In this document: positions 1 through 14,083 of the stretch, piece by piece | Numbering within the stretch: position 1 is the first letter of the stretch | Layout of the letters: the number at the start of each line of letters is the position of its first letter | DNA from: Somniosus microcephalus | Taxonomy: Eukaryota | Reading direction: 5' to 3' | Length of the DNA stretch: 64,000 nucleotides | NCBI GenBank assembly: GCA_052327205.1 | Contig: CM126211.1 | Coordinates: 8,246,001 to 8,310,000, forward strand | The notes under the pieces: model-generated | What the model was told of the DNA's origin: nothing | Databases searched by the model: none | Seen by the model: only the letters and a program-made list of their open reading frames with translations | Position numbers and translations under genes: made by a program

Positions 1-76
1 CTCTGTGTAAGTTTTGTAAATCGGCTTCTGACCTTAATAATGGACCTTAATGTATATGTGTATTTGAAGTGGATGA

Positions 77-235
<159 letters not shown>

Positions 236-989
236 TGATTCCCATTTTATGCTGTAAATTTAAAGGCGCGGTGTCACTTATTGGCGGAGATTAATTAAGG
301 GCCAGTTCAGTTCCTGAAACAGCCGATTGCTACGGCTATCTCATTAGCTGCCGGGAAGCTTTGCAATGCAGTTTTCTTGCGAATCTGGCAAAAAAGCCCC
401 ACCCACCGGGCCGGGGCTTTCTCCTCCTTGACCTCAGCACACACTTGGGGAAACACATCCTGTACGGGGAACGTCGGGTGTGGGACTACGAGAGAGCGGA
501 GAAAGATGAGCATAGTCTTGTGTTTCTAATTTGAATTCTGCGCTTGTGCTCTGCCTCTGGAGCCTGTTTACCTGTTCTCTGTATGGTTTGGTCTGCTTCA
601 CATGGAGGATGCACAGAAAGGCAAGGTATCATCTCCTAATCTGTTTCAAGTGAAGAATAACTGAATTCCTCTGAAATTTCTAATGGGGGAGCGCCAGTGG
701 ATTGGCCGCTCTCCTCTGGGTAAGGCACAGGCAGGGTACAATTGCTGTTATATCTCATTTCACATGGCGATTTCACAAAAGATATAATGAATACAGTTAC
801 ACCCAGGGTCCCACTAACTGGAGCAAACAGGAGTGCAGCGTCAGAGAAGGAGAGGATACAGGTGGGTGCTTAACATTGTGAAAGTAATTGCAGGTTGACA
901 AGGCCACAAGCAAAGCAACAAAGCACTGGGCATCTTTTCCAGAGGGATAGAATTGAAAAGCGGAGAAGTTATGTTAAACTTGTATCGAA

Positions 990-1345
990 CCTTGGTTAGA
1001 CCACACTTGGAGCACTGTGCACAGTTCTGGTCTCCACATACCTTGGATAGACCACACTTGGAGCACCGTGCACAGTTCTGGTCTCCACATACCTTGGATA
1101 GACCACACTTGGAGCACCGTGCACAGTTCTGGTCTCCACATACCTTGGATAGACCACACTTGGAGCACCGTGCACAGTTCTGGTCTCCACATACCTTGGA
1201 TAGACCACACTTGGAGCACTGTGCTCAGTTCTGGTCTCCACATACCTTGGATAGACCACACTTGGAGCACTGTGCTCAGTTCTGGTCTCCACATACCTTG
1301 GATAGACCACACTTGGAGCACTGTGCACAGTTCTGGTCTCCATAT
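990..1345. repeat. 51-bp minisatellite x7, from CR1 ORF2
   Basis: Translates as 7x [17 protein letters not shown]. Confidence 0.95.
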
Positions 1346-2033
1346 AGAAACATAGAAGATAGGAGCAGGAGTAGGCCATTCGGCCCCTCGAGCCTGCTCC
1401 GCCATTTAATAAGATCATGGCTGATCATCCAAATTCAGTACCCTGTCCCTGCTTTCTCCCCATATACCTTGATCCCTTTAGGCTCAAGAAATATATCCAA
1501 CTCCTTCTTGAATATATTTAATGAATTGGCCTCAACTGCCCTGTGTGGCAGAGAATTCCACAGGTTCACCACTCTCTGGGTGAAGAAATTCCTCCTCAAT
1601 TCAGTCCTAAATGGCTTACCCCTTATCTTTAGACTGTGACCCCTGGTTCTGGACTCCCCCCGCCATTGGGAACATCCTTCCTGCATCTAGTCTGTCTAGT
1701 CCTGTTAGAATTTTATAAGTTTCAATGAGATCCCCTCTCATTCTTCTAAACTCCAGCGAGTATAAGCCCAATCGACCCAATCTCTCCTCATACGTCATTC
1801 CTGCCATCCCAGGTATCAGTCTGGTGAATCTTCGCTGCACTCCCTCCATGGCAAGAACATCCTTCCTCAGATAAGGTGACCAAAACTGCACACAATACTC
1901 AAGGTGTGGTCTCACCAAGGCCCTGTACAACTGCAGCAAGACATCCTTGTTCCTGTACTCGAATCCTCTCGCTACGAAGGCCAACATACCATTTGCCTTC
2001 TTTAACCGCCTGCTGCACCTGCATGCTTACCTT
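1346..2033 (-). mobile_element. 5'-truncated CR1, same subfamily as 28862-32272
   Basis: ORF 1616..1987 is nearly identical to the C-terminus of ORF 31174..32181. Confidence 0.9.
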
Positions 2034-2378
2034 CAGCCATGATCGCATTGAATGGCGGCGCAAGCTCGAGGGGCCGAATGGCCTACTCCTGCTCCTATCT
2101 TCTATGTTTTTATAAGGTGATCTTTAAAATTATGAAGGGGTTTGATAGGGTATACGCACCACAGGGAGTGGTTGAGGTGAATGTCAGAGATGCATTTATG
2201 GGGATGCTAGATAAACACATGAGGGAGAAAGGAATCGAAGGTTATGCTGATAGGGTGAGATGAAGAGGGGTGGGAGGAGGCTCGTGTGGAGCATAAACAC
2301 CGGCACGGACCAGATGGGCTGAATGGCCTGTTTCTGTGCTGTAGACTCGATGAGTTTGTAAAAGTTTGCACGAGCTAG

Positions 2379-2492
<114 letters not shown>

Positions 2493-3170
2493 TAACTTAG
2501 CAGCAACGCATCTCATCAGAGGAAGTGCTGCGTTTGGTGACTGCGATGAAGTCAATGTGCAGCTGCATGCCTTCATCTCCCTGGTGCTGTAACACATGCT
2601 GTGTATTGTGTTCCTGTCAATGGTGTCCTGTGCAGAGTGAATAATGGTGTAACACGCTTTATGTCCATTCATTGCATTCATTTGTGTTTTGTTTGTTTGT
2701 TTGCTTTCGATGTGTTCTGGTTTCCCTCGAGCACCCACAGCGAGATGTCACGGTGCGGGTTTGATGTGTTCCGTCGTCATTGGTGACCAGGCTGGGCAGG
2801 GATTTGATCTCCAAGGAGTTGGGCCATTCCCATTTCAGGTCCATTTCTTAGACAAGTTTAGGTCATCAGAGAGTTTTAAAAAAACTTTAAAAGTAAAACA
2901 TTTCCTTCCTATTACAGAGAAATGTATCGTAAGAGTTGAATTTACCTTTGCCTATTTATCTCTCGCTCGGAAGTTTTTCTGTATTTAATCCATTAATTGA
3001 GTTGGGTAACAAAGCGTTTACATTGCAAAGACTATTCCTCGTAGAATGACTTGCAAAAAGTGTAGAGATTGAAGTTCTGGAGCTTTTAATTTTTAAACAA
3101 GTAGAAACTTTTACAAATCTATCTTTACAGTGTTACAAACCAGTTTGGATTGCCTGTAACTTGTGTTTAG

Positions 3171-3386
<216 letters not shown>

Positions 3387-3619
3387 TAAATATTCATTCA
3401 CAGGATGTGGGCCCGTTCCTAGTTGCCTAGAGAAGGTGGCGGTGAGCCGCCTTCCTGACAAGCTGGGCCATTTCAGAGGGCAGTTAAGACTCCACCATGT
3501 TGTTGTGGGTCTGGAGTCGCATATCGGCCAGACCGGGTAAGGGCGGTAGATTTCCTTCCCTAAAGGGACATTAGTGAACCAGGTGGGTTTTTACGACAAT
3601 CCTGTAGATTCATGGTCAC

Positions 3620-3814
3620 TGATGTAAGAAAACTACTAGGCACTTGGTCTAAGCATTAAACAAAGCTTTAATCAACTGTTTTACAACATGGAGGTCTAGT
3701 TGTGTCCTTCACTAGTTCCTGTTAAGAATGTCCTGCGCAAGCTGGGCCCGTGCCTGAGTATTTATACTCTCCCTGGACAGTGCCACCTAGAGGCCGCTCA
3801 GTTGATTCACGTCA
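3620..3814 (-). mobile_element. Solo LTR (195 bp) nested in a SINE
   Basis: TGATGT...ACGTCA ends, TSD GTCAC on both sides; TATAAATA and ATTAAA on the minus strand. Confidence 0.85.
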
Positions 3815-4228
3815 GTCACCATCACTGATACTGGCTTTTTATTACCAGATTTATTTAACTAACTGGATTTAAATTCCCCAGTTGCCGTGGTGGGATTTGA
3901 ACTCATGTCTCTGGTTCAGGCCTCTGGATTACTAGTCCAGTAACATAACCGCTGTGCTACCCGTCCTGTAAATGGTGCCCTGAAACGTTCTGATAAATGT
4001 CACTTCGGTCTGTAGCAGTGATCATTCTTTGGGCGTGGTGTGCGCTCCGTATAGAGATCGTCGAAGAGATGTCCTGTGAGAACTGGCAAAGCAGCGTGGG
4101 GAGGCCATCAGTGGCACCCTGGTCCTTGGCGACAGACAGCAACCCCGTAAACCTGGATGACACCTTGCACCCTCCGCAAACTTCAGCTCATCCAAATCTC
4201 TGCTGCCCTGTGTCCTAACTCGCACCAA

Positions 4229-4532
4229 GTGGCATAGTGGTTAGCACTGTTGCCTCACAGCGCCAGGGACCCGGGTTCAAATCTGGCCTCAGGCGACTGT
4301 CTGTGTGGAGTTTGCACATTCTCCCCGTGTTTGCGTGGGTTTCCACCGGGTGCTCCGGTTTCCTCCCACAGTCCAAAGATGTGCAGGTTAGGTTGATTTG
4401 GTTGATTTGGCTATGATAAATTGACCCTTAGTGTTAGGGGATTAAATACGTGGGGTTACGGGGATAGGGTGATATGTGTCGGTGCAGGCTCGATGGGCCG
4501 AAATGGCCTCTATCTGCACTGTTGATTCTGTG
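4229..4532 (+). mobile_element. HE1-type V-SINE inserted in an L2 fragment
   Basis: tRNA-like head, V-domain TGTGTGGAGTTTGCACATTCTCCCCGTG...GGTTTCCTCCCACAGTCCAAAGA; AAGT at both junctions. Confidence 0.88.
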
Positions 4533-5102
4533 AAGTCCCGTTCACCCATCGCCCCCTGTGCTCACTGCCCCATGTCCTAACTCGCACCAAGCCCCGTTCA
4601 CCCATCGCCCCCTGTGCTCACTGCCCCGTGTCCTAACTCGCACCCAGTCCCGTTCACCCATCGCCCCCCTGTGCTCGCTGACCTACACTGGCTCCCGGTC
4701 CGGCAACGCCTCGATTTTAAAATTCTCATCCTTGTTTCCAATTCCTTCCATGGCCTTGGCCCCTCCCTATCTCTGTAACCTCTTACAGCCCCACAACCCT
4801 CCGAGATCTCTGTGCTCCTCCAATTCTGGCCTCTTGCGCATCCCCAATTCCCATCGCTCCACCATTGGTGGCCGTGCCTTCAGCTGCCTGGGCCCCGAGC
4901 TCTGGAATTCTCTCCCTAAACCTCTCCGCCTCTCTCTCCTCCTTTAAGACACTGCTTAAAACCCACCTCTTTGGCCTGTCCCAATATCTCCTTCCGTGGC
5001 TTGGTGTCAAAGTTTGTTTTATAATCGCTCCTGTGAAGCGCCTTGAGACGTTTTACCTCGTTAAAGGCGCTATATAAATGCAAGATGCTGTTGTTGTTGA
5101 CC

Positions 5103-5570
5103 GTGTCAGCCGTGGCTCAGTGGGCAGCACACTCGCCTCGGGGTCAGAAGGTCATGGGTTCAAGACACTCCAGAGACTTGAGCACAAAATCTAGGCCGAC
5201 ACTCCAGTGCAGTACTGAGGGAGTGCCGCACTGTCGGAGGTGCCGTCTTTCGGATGAGACGTTAAACCGAGGCCCCGTCTGCTCTCAGATCCTGTAAAAG
5301 ATCCGACGGCCACTACTTTGAAGAAGAGCAGGGGAGTTCGCCCCGGTGTCCTGGGGCCAATATTTATCCCTCAACCGAAATCACTAAAACAGATGATCTG
5401 GTCATTGTCACATTACTGTTTGTGGGAGCTTGCTGTGCACAAATTGGCTACTGCGTTTCCCACATTACAACAGTGACTACACTTCAAAAAGTACTTCATG
5501 GGCTGTAAAGCGCTTTGAGACGTCTGGTGGTCGTGAAAGGCGCTATAGAAATGCAAGTCTTTTCTTTCTT
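5103..5570 (+). mobile_element. DeuSINE (SacSINE1/AmnSINE1-like), full length; further copies about 21930-22400-, 50490-50950-, partials 24720-24870-, 36320-36580-, 57910-58025+
   Basis: tRNA-like head (GGCTCAGTGG...GGTTCAAG), Deu core CAGTACTGAGGGAGTGC...CCAATATTTATCCCTCA, tail GGCGCTATAGAAATGCAAGT shared with L2. Confidence 0.85.
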
Positions 5571-5934
5571 TACAAGGCTCGGTGTCAAAGTTTGTCCGGT
5601 AATGCTCCTGTGAAGCGCCTCGGGATGCTTTACCACATTAAAGGCGCTAGATAAATGCAAGTTGTTGTTGACAGTGCCTCACTGCTGCCTCACCGTGAAA
5701 CCGAAGGTTGTGAATTCCCCCAGCTCTCCTGCAAAGGGCGGCAATCACCTCACTCATGCGTGCCCCGCACCCCCCCCCCCCCCCGCTGCAACCTGACTGA
5801 TATCACGGAGACCGGCTGTGGCTGCCTGCGATGAGTGTTTACTGCGGTGAGCGTTTACTGCGGTGATTACCTGCAGAGCCGCAGAGAGAGCGGTGCGAGC
5901 AGATGGCCGAGACCACAGGACCAGTAGAAGGAAT

Positions 5935-6790
5935 CGTCTTGATTTCTATAGCGCCTTTCACGGCCTCCCTAAAGCGCTTTACAGCCAATGAAGTACTTTA
6001 TGAAGTGTAGTCACTGTTGTAATGTGGGAAACGCGGCAGCCAATTTGTGCACAGCAAGCTCCCACAAACAGCAATGTGATAATGACCAGATAATCTGATT
6101 TTGTTATGTTGGTTGAGGGATAAATATTGGCCCCAGGACACCGGGGATAACTCCCCTGCTCTTCTTCGAAATAGTGGCTGTGGGATCTCTTACATTCACC
6201 TGAGGGGGCAGACGGGGCCTCGGTTTAGCATCTCATCCGAAAGACGGCACCTCCGACAGTGCGGAGCTCCCTCAGTACTGCCCCTCCGACAGTGCGGCGC
6301 TCCCTCAGTACTGCCCCTCCGACAGTGCGGCGCTCCCTCAGTACTGCCCCTCCGACAGTGCGAAGCTCCCTCAGTACTGCCCCTCCGACAGTGCGGCTCT
6401 CCCTCAGTACTGCCCCTCCGACAGTGCGGCGCTCCCTCAGTACTGCCCCTCCGACAGTGCGGAGCTCCCTCAGTACTGCCCCTCCGACAGTGCGGCTCTC
6501 CCTCAGTACTGCCCCTCCGACAGTGCGGCGCTCCCTCAGTACTGCCCCTCCGACAGTGCGGCGCTCCCTCAGTACTGCCCATCCGACAGTGCGGCGCTCC
6601 CTCAGTACTGCCCCTCTGACAGTGCGGCTCTCCGTCAGTACTGCCCCTCCGACAGTGCGAAGCTCCCTCAGTACTGCCCCTCCGACAGTGCGGCTCTCCC
6701 TCAGTACTGCACTGGAGTGTCAGCCAGATTTTGTGCTCAAGTCTCTGGGGTGGGACTTGAACCCACGACCTTCTGACTCAGAGGCGAGAA
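5935..6790 (-). mobile_element. DeuSINE containing a 33-bp tandem array (about 14 units, 6250-6710)
   Basis: Unit CCTCCGACAGTGCGGCGCTCCCTCAGTACTGCC. Confidence 0.88.
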
Positions 6791-7451
6791 ATTGACAGGT
6801 TTGGATCAGCCACCCATTTTACACCCTGTCCGGTTTACTTTCCATCACAGTCACAGTAATTTATTTGGAGACTGGTTTGATGTTTGCAGTAATAGGACAG
6901 TTTATAGACATATAAATATATTTCATTGGTATATTTATAATTTATACTAGACAGTGTATGATGCATACACTGACTAGCGGATAACCAAATACAGTAGTAG
7001 GAAAGTATTTACAGTAGTGATGATGGAGATATGGTTCACAAGACTACATTTTGCGGAAAAAATAATCATTATTATACACAGAGGTCAGAACTAGGGGTCA
7101 CAGTCTCAGGATAAGGGGTCGGCCATTTTAAACTGAGATGAGGAGAAATTTCTTCACTCAGATGGCTGTAAATCTTTGGAATTCTCTGCCCCAGAGGGCT
7201 GTGGAGGCTCAGTCATTGAGTATATTCAAGGCTGAGATCAATAGATCTTTGGACTCTAGGGGAATCAAGGGATATGGAGATCGGGCGGGAAAGTGGAGTT
7301 GAGGTCGAAGATCAGCCATGATCTTTATTGAATGGCGGAGCAGGCTCGAGGGGCCGAATGGCCGACTCCTGCTCCTATCTCTTATGTTCTTATTTTATAC
7401 AGAGAAATGACCCTTAAGAGCTAACTGCTTAAATTGGGTAGGTTGTGTTGA

Positions 7452-7772
<321 letters not shown>

Positions 7773-8062
7773 TGATACCGGGGCTAAAAGGGTTAAATTA
7801 CGAGGACAGGTTGCACAGAATAGGCTTGTATTCCCTCACGTATAGAAGATTGAGGGGTGAGCTGATCGAGGTGTTTAAGATGATTAAAGGAGTTGATAGG
7901 GTAGAGAGAGGGAAACTATTTCCTCTGGTGGAGGGAGTCCAGAACAAGGGGGCAGAACCTTAAAATTAGAGCCAGGCCGTTCAGGGGCGATGTCAGGAAG
8001 CACTTCTTCACACAAAGGGTGGTGGAAATCTGGAACTCTTTCCCCCCCCCCCCCCCCCCCCC

Positions 8063-8487
8063 CAAGCTTTCGGAGCGCTGCTCCTTCATCAGGTGAAGTG
8101 GAGAGATGCATAAAGACACAGCTTATATAGTCAGAGAATAATGCCAGATGATTACAGGTAATCTTTCTAACTGCCATTTATCACACCTCATTGTTCTTTG
8201 ATGTAATGTTTTCCTGACTGACCTGTTTGGACACCATTCACACCTTTGATTGCTGTGATTATCTCTCTGCCGAGGTGTGATAAATGGCAGTTGGAAAGAT
8301 TACCTGTAATTATCTGGCATTATTCTCTGACTATATAAGCTGTGTCTATAGGCATCTCTCCACTTCACCTGACGAAGGAGCAGCGCTCCAAAAGCTTGTG
8401 ATTTCAAATAAAGCTGTTGGACTATAACCTGGTGTTGTGTGACTTCTTACATTTGTCCACCCCAGTCCAACACCGGCATCTCCACAC
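8063..8487. mobile_element. Penelope-type terminal sequence forming a 127-bp inverted repeat
   Basis: 8063-8189 is the near-perfect reverse complement of 8272-8398; each arm carries CTGAYGAAGGAGCAGCGCTCCRAAAGCTT. Confidence 0.75.
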
Positions 8488-8592
8488 CATGACCTTATTG
8501 AATGGTGGAGCAGGCTCGAGGGGCCGAATGGCCGACTCCTGCTCCTTTTTTCTGATGTTCTTATTGCGATAGGGCCGGTGGTGCACGTCACT

Positions 8593-8828
8593 CAGGGTCG
8601 CCAACTCTGGTTGGACATATTCCTGGTGGTTTCATCACATGATCTCCCACCTCCAATAATTTTTATAACTGATTAAAAAAAAGTGTTAAAACAAAATGGG
8701 CGAAAGGCACAATTTTTTTAAATGCCCCTTGTGCTCTTTCTCCCCGGGCTTTGCTGGCAGCAGTGTCCGAGTGATTAACTTTTAATTCCTGGAGACTCCA
8801 GGGTAATCCTGGAGGGCTGGCAACCCCA
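8593..8828. mobile_element. Non-autonomous DNA transposon (AGGGTYGCCAAC termini, hAT-like); related copy about 48020-48415
   Basis: CAGGGTCGCCAAC...GCTGGCAACCCC ends; internal sequence shared by both copies. Confidence 0.55.
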
Positions 8829-8859
8829 GCAGAGTAATCCCATCTAGGGCATCAATTTT

Positions 8860-9360
<501 letters not shown>

Positions 9361-10876
9361 TAGGCCTGCTTTTATCTTTCAAACCAGGAGGAAATAGTTT
9401 GGTGAAATATAATGGCCCAGAATTTTGCTGGAGTGGGGAATCTTGCGGTGTGGCACGTTAGTTAGACTTCTTCCCTCGCACTTCAGCTCAAATATAATTT
9501 GCTCTGTAACTTGCTGGGAGTGCGAGCTACTAACAGCGCAGCGAGGGCAACAGGGCATCTGGGACCTCGGTGAACGACGGGACCAACAGTCTATCTCCTT
9601 AACCCATGAGATTTAAGGACTGAGAAAGAAACAGAGGAAGGACGGAGAAGGAAATCGGGTGAATTAGAGTCAAATCGGGTAGAGAAAGAGAAATAAAGAG
9701 AGGGAAAGAAAGATTAGATTAAGGGAGAAGGAGAAAAAGAGACAAAGAAAAAGTAAGAAAAAATTTATTTAAAATTTCAAATGTTAAAAATCTCTAAATA
9801 ATTTACTACCTGTTAGAATGAGACTCCACGGTATAAATTATTCCCTTTCTGGGCCGGAGTGTTTGCGTGGCATTTGAGGAACATAAAACTGGCTCATCCC
9901 CAAATTGAATTAATCACCGCGGCGAGTTCCTGCCAATCGTGCCCGTTTGCGGGCCTTCGATGAGGCTCTTAAAATTAAGCTGTTTATTTTAGGTGCAAAG
10001 ACACTAATAGGCCCTTTTTAAAAGCTTTTAAATATTTAAAATATATTTAATTTACCAAGAAACTGATTAATGTGCACCGAGGAAATGGTTCAGTACAGTT
10101 TTTTTTTAAAGTAATTTTCAATTATTTGATGTCCGGTTACTCACGAGTGAGGGACTGGACAACTCTGATTTAAAATGTTTATTTTTGGTGATAAACCCAT
10201 TTTCAGCCGTGTTAATCAAACTGCCCCAGGTCACCGCTCTTAAACACATCAGGGAGCACTGTTTAATGCAAAATAAACTATTCTGTTCGCAAAGGTTGCG
10301 CAGGTCCGGGGAGGATTTCGCGTTTGTGATTACGCACGTGAGTTTACGCGGAAACGTGACCCGTAACTTCACTCCGGGAAAACTAGCGCAATTTGCTCCC
10401 GGATTGCGGAAACTCTACCCCCCTGTTATTCTTTCTACCGAAGACTGGTAAGAACAAAAAAAAAATGGTCAGCGGTTGTTTTGAGCACAGACTGATTGCT
10501 GACGTGAGTTAACAAAAAGCATTTGCGTTTTACGCGCATTATCTTTGCTCACACTATCACTAATGATGATCAACATTTACCACTGTAGGGTTTGGCAGAG
10601 GAGTCAAGTAAATAGGATCAATTACAGAACCTTTATGTAGGGCCCATCTAGGCAAGTACTTACCATTCATGGTACTTCTTACATACGGAGTTTTCTTTCT
10701 ACGAGCAGTGGTTGGTTGACAATTTTGTTAGAAATATTCACCAGAGGAGATCTTCACTCATTCGTTTGTGAGAGCACTACCCATTGTGACCACTGGATTC
10801 ATGTTGTTGCTGTTGCTTGTTAATTATTCACGTGATTTGATATCAAACAAAACTATCTAACTCCATATGCAATTCA

Positions 10877-11320
10877 CTTACGTGGAGAGACTGGAGAAGC
10901 TGGGGTTGTTCTCTAGAGCAGAGAAGGTTAAGGGGAGATTTAATTGAGGCGTTCAAAATCATGAAGTGTTTTGATAGAGTAAATGAGGAGAAATTGTTTC
11001 CAGTGGCAAAAGGGTCAATAATCAGAGGATACAGATATAAGGGGATTGGCAAAAGAACCAGAGGGGAGATGAGGAGATGTATTTTTCAACACAGCGAGTT
11101 GTTGTGATCTGGAATGCGCTGCCTGAAAGGGCGGTGGAAGCAGATTCAATAATAACTTTCAAAAGAGAATTGGATAAATACTTCAAGGGGAGAATTATGT
11201 AGGGCTATAGGAAAAGAGCAAGGGGGAGTGGGATTTATTGGCGAGCTCTTTCAAAGAGCCGGCACAGGCATGATGGGCCGAATTACCTCCTTTTGTGCTG
11301 TATCATTCTATGATTCTATG
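10877..11320 (+). mobile_element. CR1 3' fragment, one of many (also about 7080-7390+, 7750-8045+, 14105-14375+, 15210-15640+, 15777-16230-, 22410-22690-, 33830-34330-, 34590-35005+, 38875-39405-, 49830-50210+, 51370-51900-, 52345-52770+, 52850-53360-, 57225-57510-, 57511-57872+, 58490-58705-, 60432-61265-, 61610-62090+)
   Basis: Recurrent 'LEQRRLRGDLIEVFKIM...WNALPERAVEA' frames and GGGCCGAATGGCCT 3' stem-loop. Confidence 0.85.
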
Positions 11321-11905
11321 AAATATTTTTGACCCCAGAAAGCAGAAAATTCTGGAAATACAGAGCAGGTCCATCAGTATCTGTAAATGGAAACCACAGG
11401 TTAATGTTTCTGGTGTAGCCCCGTCATCAGTACTGGAAACTGTGGGGGTTAAGCACGGCCCTTTTTAAAAAATTAATTCACGGGATGTGGGCGTCGCTGG
11501 CAAGGCCGGCATTTATTGCCCATCCCTAATTGCCCTTGAGAAGGTGGTGGTGAGCCGCCTTCTTGAACCACTGCAGTCCGTGTGGTGAAGGTACTCCCAC
11601 AGTGTGTTCAGGAGGGAGTTCCAGGATTTTGACCCAGCGACGATGAAGGAACGGCGATATATTTCCAAGTCAGGATGATGTGTGACTTGGAGGGGAATTT
11701 GGAGATGGTGGTGTTCCCACGCGCCTGCTGCCCTTGTCCTTCTAGGCGGAAGAGGTCGCGGGTTTGGGAGGTGCTGCCGAAGAAGCCTTGGCGAGTTGCT
11801 GCAGTGCATCTTGTCGATGGTGCACATGAGGACCATATGCCATAAAAGGAGCGTGTTTATCTTCCCGGTTTAGTTCTGACCAAGATCCTTTTTTGAAGAC
11901 ATTGA

Positions 11906-12163
<258 letters not shown>

Positions 12164-12197
12164 TAACCACCTCAATAGAAAGTCTCTGATTCACAGT

Positions 12198-12598
12198 GGG
12201 GTACGGTAGCATCGTGGTTATGTTACTGGGCTAGTAATCCAGGGGCCTGCACTAATGATCCAGAGACGTGAGTTCAAATTCCACCACGGCAGCTGAGGAA
12301 TCTAAATTCAGTTAATTAAATAAATCTGGAATAAAAAGCTAGTATCAGTGATGGTGACCATGAAACTACCGGATTGTCGTAAAAACCCATCTGGTTCACT
12401 AATGGCGTTTAGGGAAGGAAATCTGCTGCCTTTACCCGGTCTGGCCTATATGTGACTCCAGGCCCACAGCAATGTGGTTGACTCTTAACTGCCCTCTGAA
12501 AAGGCGGCTCACCACCACCCTCTCAAGGGCAATTAGGGATGGGCAATAAATGCCTTGCCAGCATGCCCACGTCCCGTGAATGAATAATGAAAAAAAAA
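12198..12598 (+). mobile_element. tRNA-derived SINE sharing its 3' tail with the 8860-9190 LINE family; second copy about 3385-3960 minus
   Basis: A/B-box-like head (GGTAGCATCGTGG...GAGTTCAAATTCC) and tail AAGGGCAATTAGGGATGGGCAATAAATG. Confidence 0.75.
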
Positions 12599-13858
12599 CC
12601 TCAGTCAGACATGAGGGCAGAATGGTCTTGCCTTGCCAATGTCCATTTCTGGTGCTATTGCAGACCAGCCAACATTGAGAATCGGGTGTTAAGGGGCCAT
12701 CCACCTTCTAAAAGCAGTGACTAGTGACACTGTATCTGAACTCGGGAGTGTTGGTGCTGTCTGCCCCGCACTTGAAACATTCACCTTTAACATTCACCTA
12801 AAATGGACACTCGCTTAAATCAGCCAAAATGCGATGATCATTTTCCATTTGCATTAATGGCTGATCTTCTACCTCATCCCCGCTTTCCTGCACTATCCCC
12901 ATATCCCTTGATTCCCTTAATATTTAAAAATCTATCGATCAACGGTTTGAAGTAGCCAGATCGATACTAAATCAGGAGGTTTTTCTTTGTCTTAGCCTTG
13001 TGGCTTCTGACTACCATAAAAGGGGGCCTTTTTGAAACCTTGCTGATGGCGGTGTCCAAAGTCGTGACGTTTTTCTGTTCTATTTCTGACTACTTTTATC
13101 AACAGGCAAAAGCCTATAGTATGCGGTTACCCTTGCCTGTGTCTTTGTCACCACCAGACTCCACTCCTCCAACGCTCTCCTGGCCGGTCCACCAACTTCC
13201 AACCCTCTGTAAACTTGAGCTTATCCAACACTCAGCTGCCTGTTCTCTGCTCGTTGATCTACACTGGCTCCCGGTCCGGCAACGCCTCAATTTAAAAAAT
13301 CTCATCCTCGTGTTCAAATCCCTCCATGGCCTCGGGCCTCTCCCTATCTCTGTAATCTCCTCCAGCCCTACAACCCTCCGAGATCTCTGCGTTCCTCCAA
13401 TTCTGGCCTCTTGCGCATCCATTGACGGCCGTGCCTTCAGCTACCTAGGCCCTAAGCTCTGGAATTCCCTCCCTAAACCCCTCTACACCTCTCTCCTCCT
13501 TTAAGACGCACCTTAAAACCGACCTCTTTGACCAAGCTTTTGGTCACCTGCTCTAATATCTCCTTCTGTGGCTCGGTCAAATTTTGTCTGATAACAGATC
13601 GGAACATTTGCAGGGCTGTGGGGAAAGAGTAGGGGGGAGTGGGGCTAATTGGAGAGCTCTTTCAAAGAGCTGGCACAGGCACGATGGGCCGAATGGCCTC
13701 CTTCTGTGCTGTAAGATTCTATGATTCTATAACACACCTGTGAACCGCCTTGGGACGTTTTACTACGCTATCTAAATGCAAGCTGTTGTTGTTTTATGAA
13801 TGGCTGGGTTTTTTATTCCATTAGTCGACATGTCCAAAGTTCGAAGTGGCCAAGCTAA

Positions 13859-14083
<225 letters not shown>

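Noticed and set aside
4229-4300. tRNA gene (also at 5103, 12198, 32504)
   Set aside because: These are tRNA-derived SINE heads that continue into SINE bodies; no complete cloverleaf is evident.
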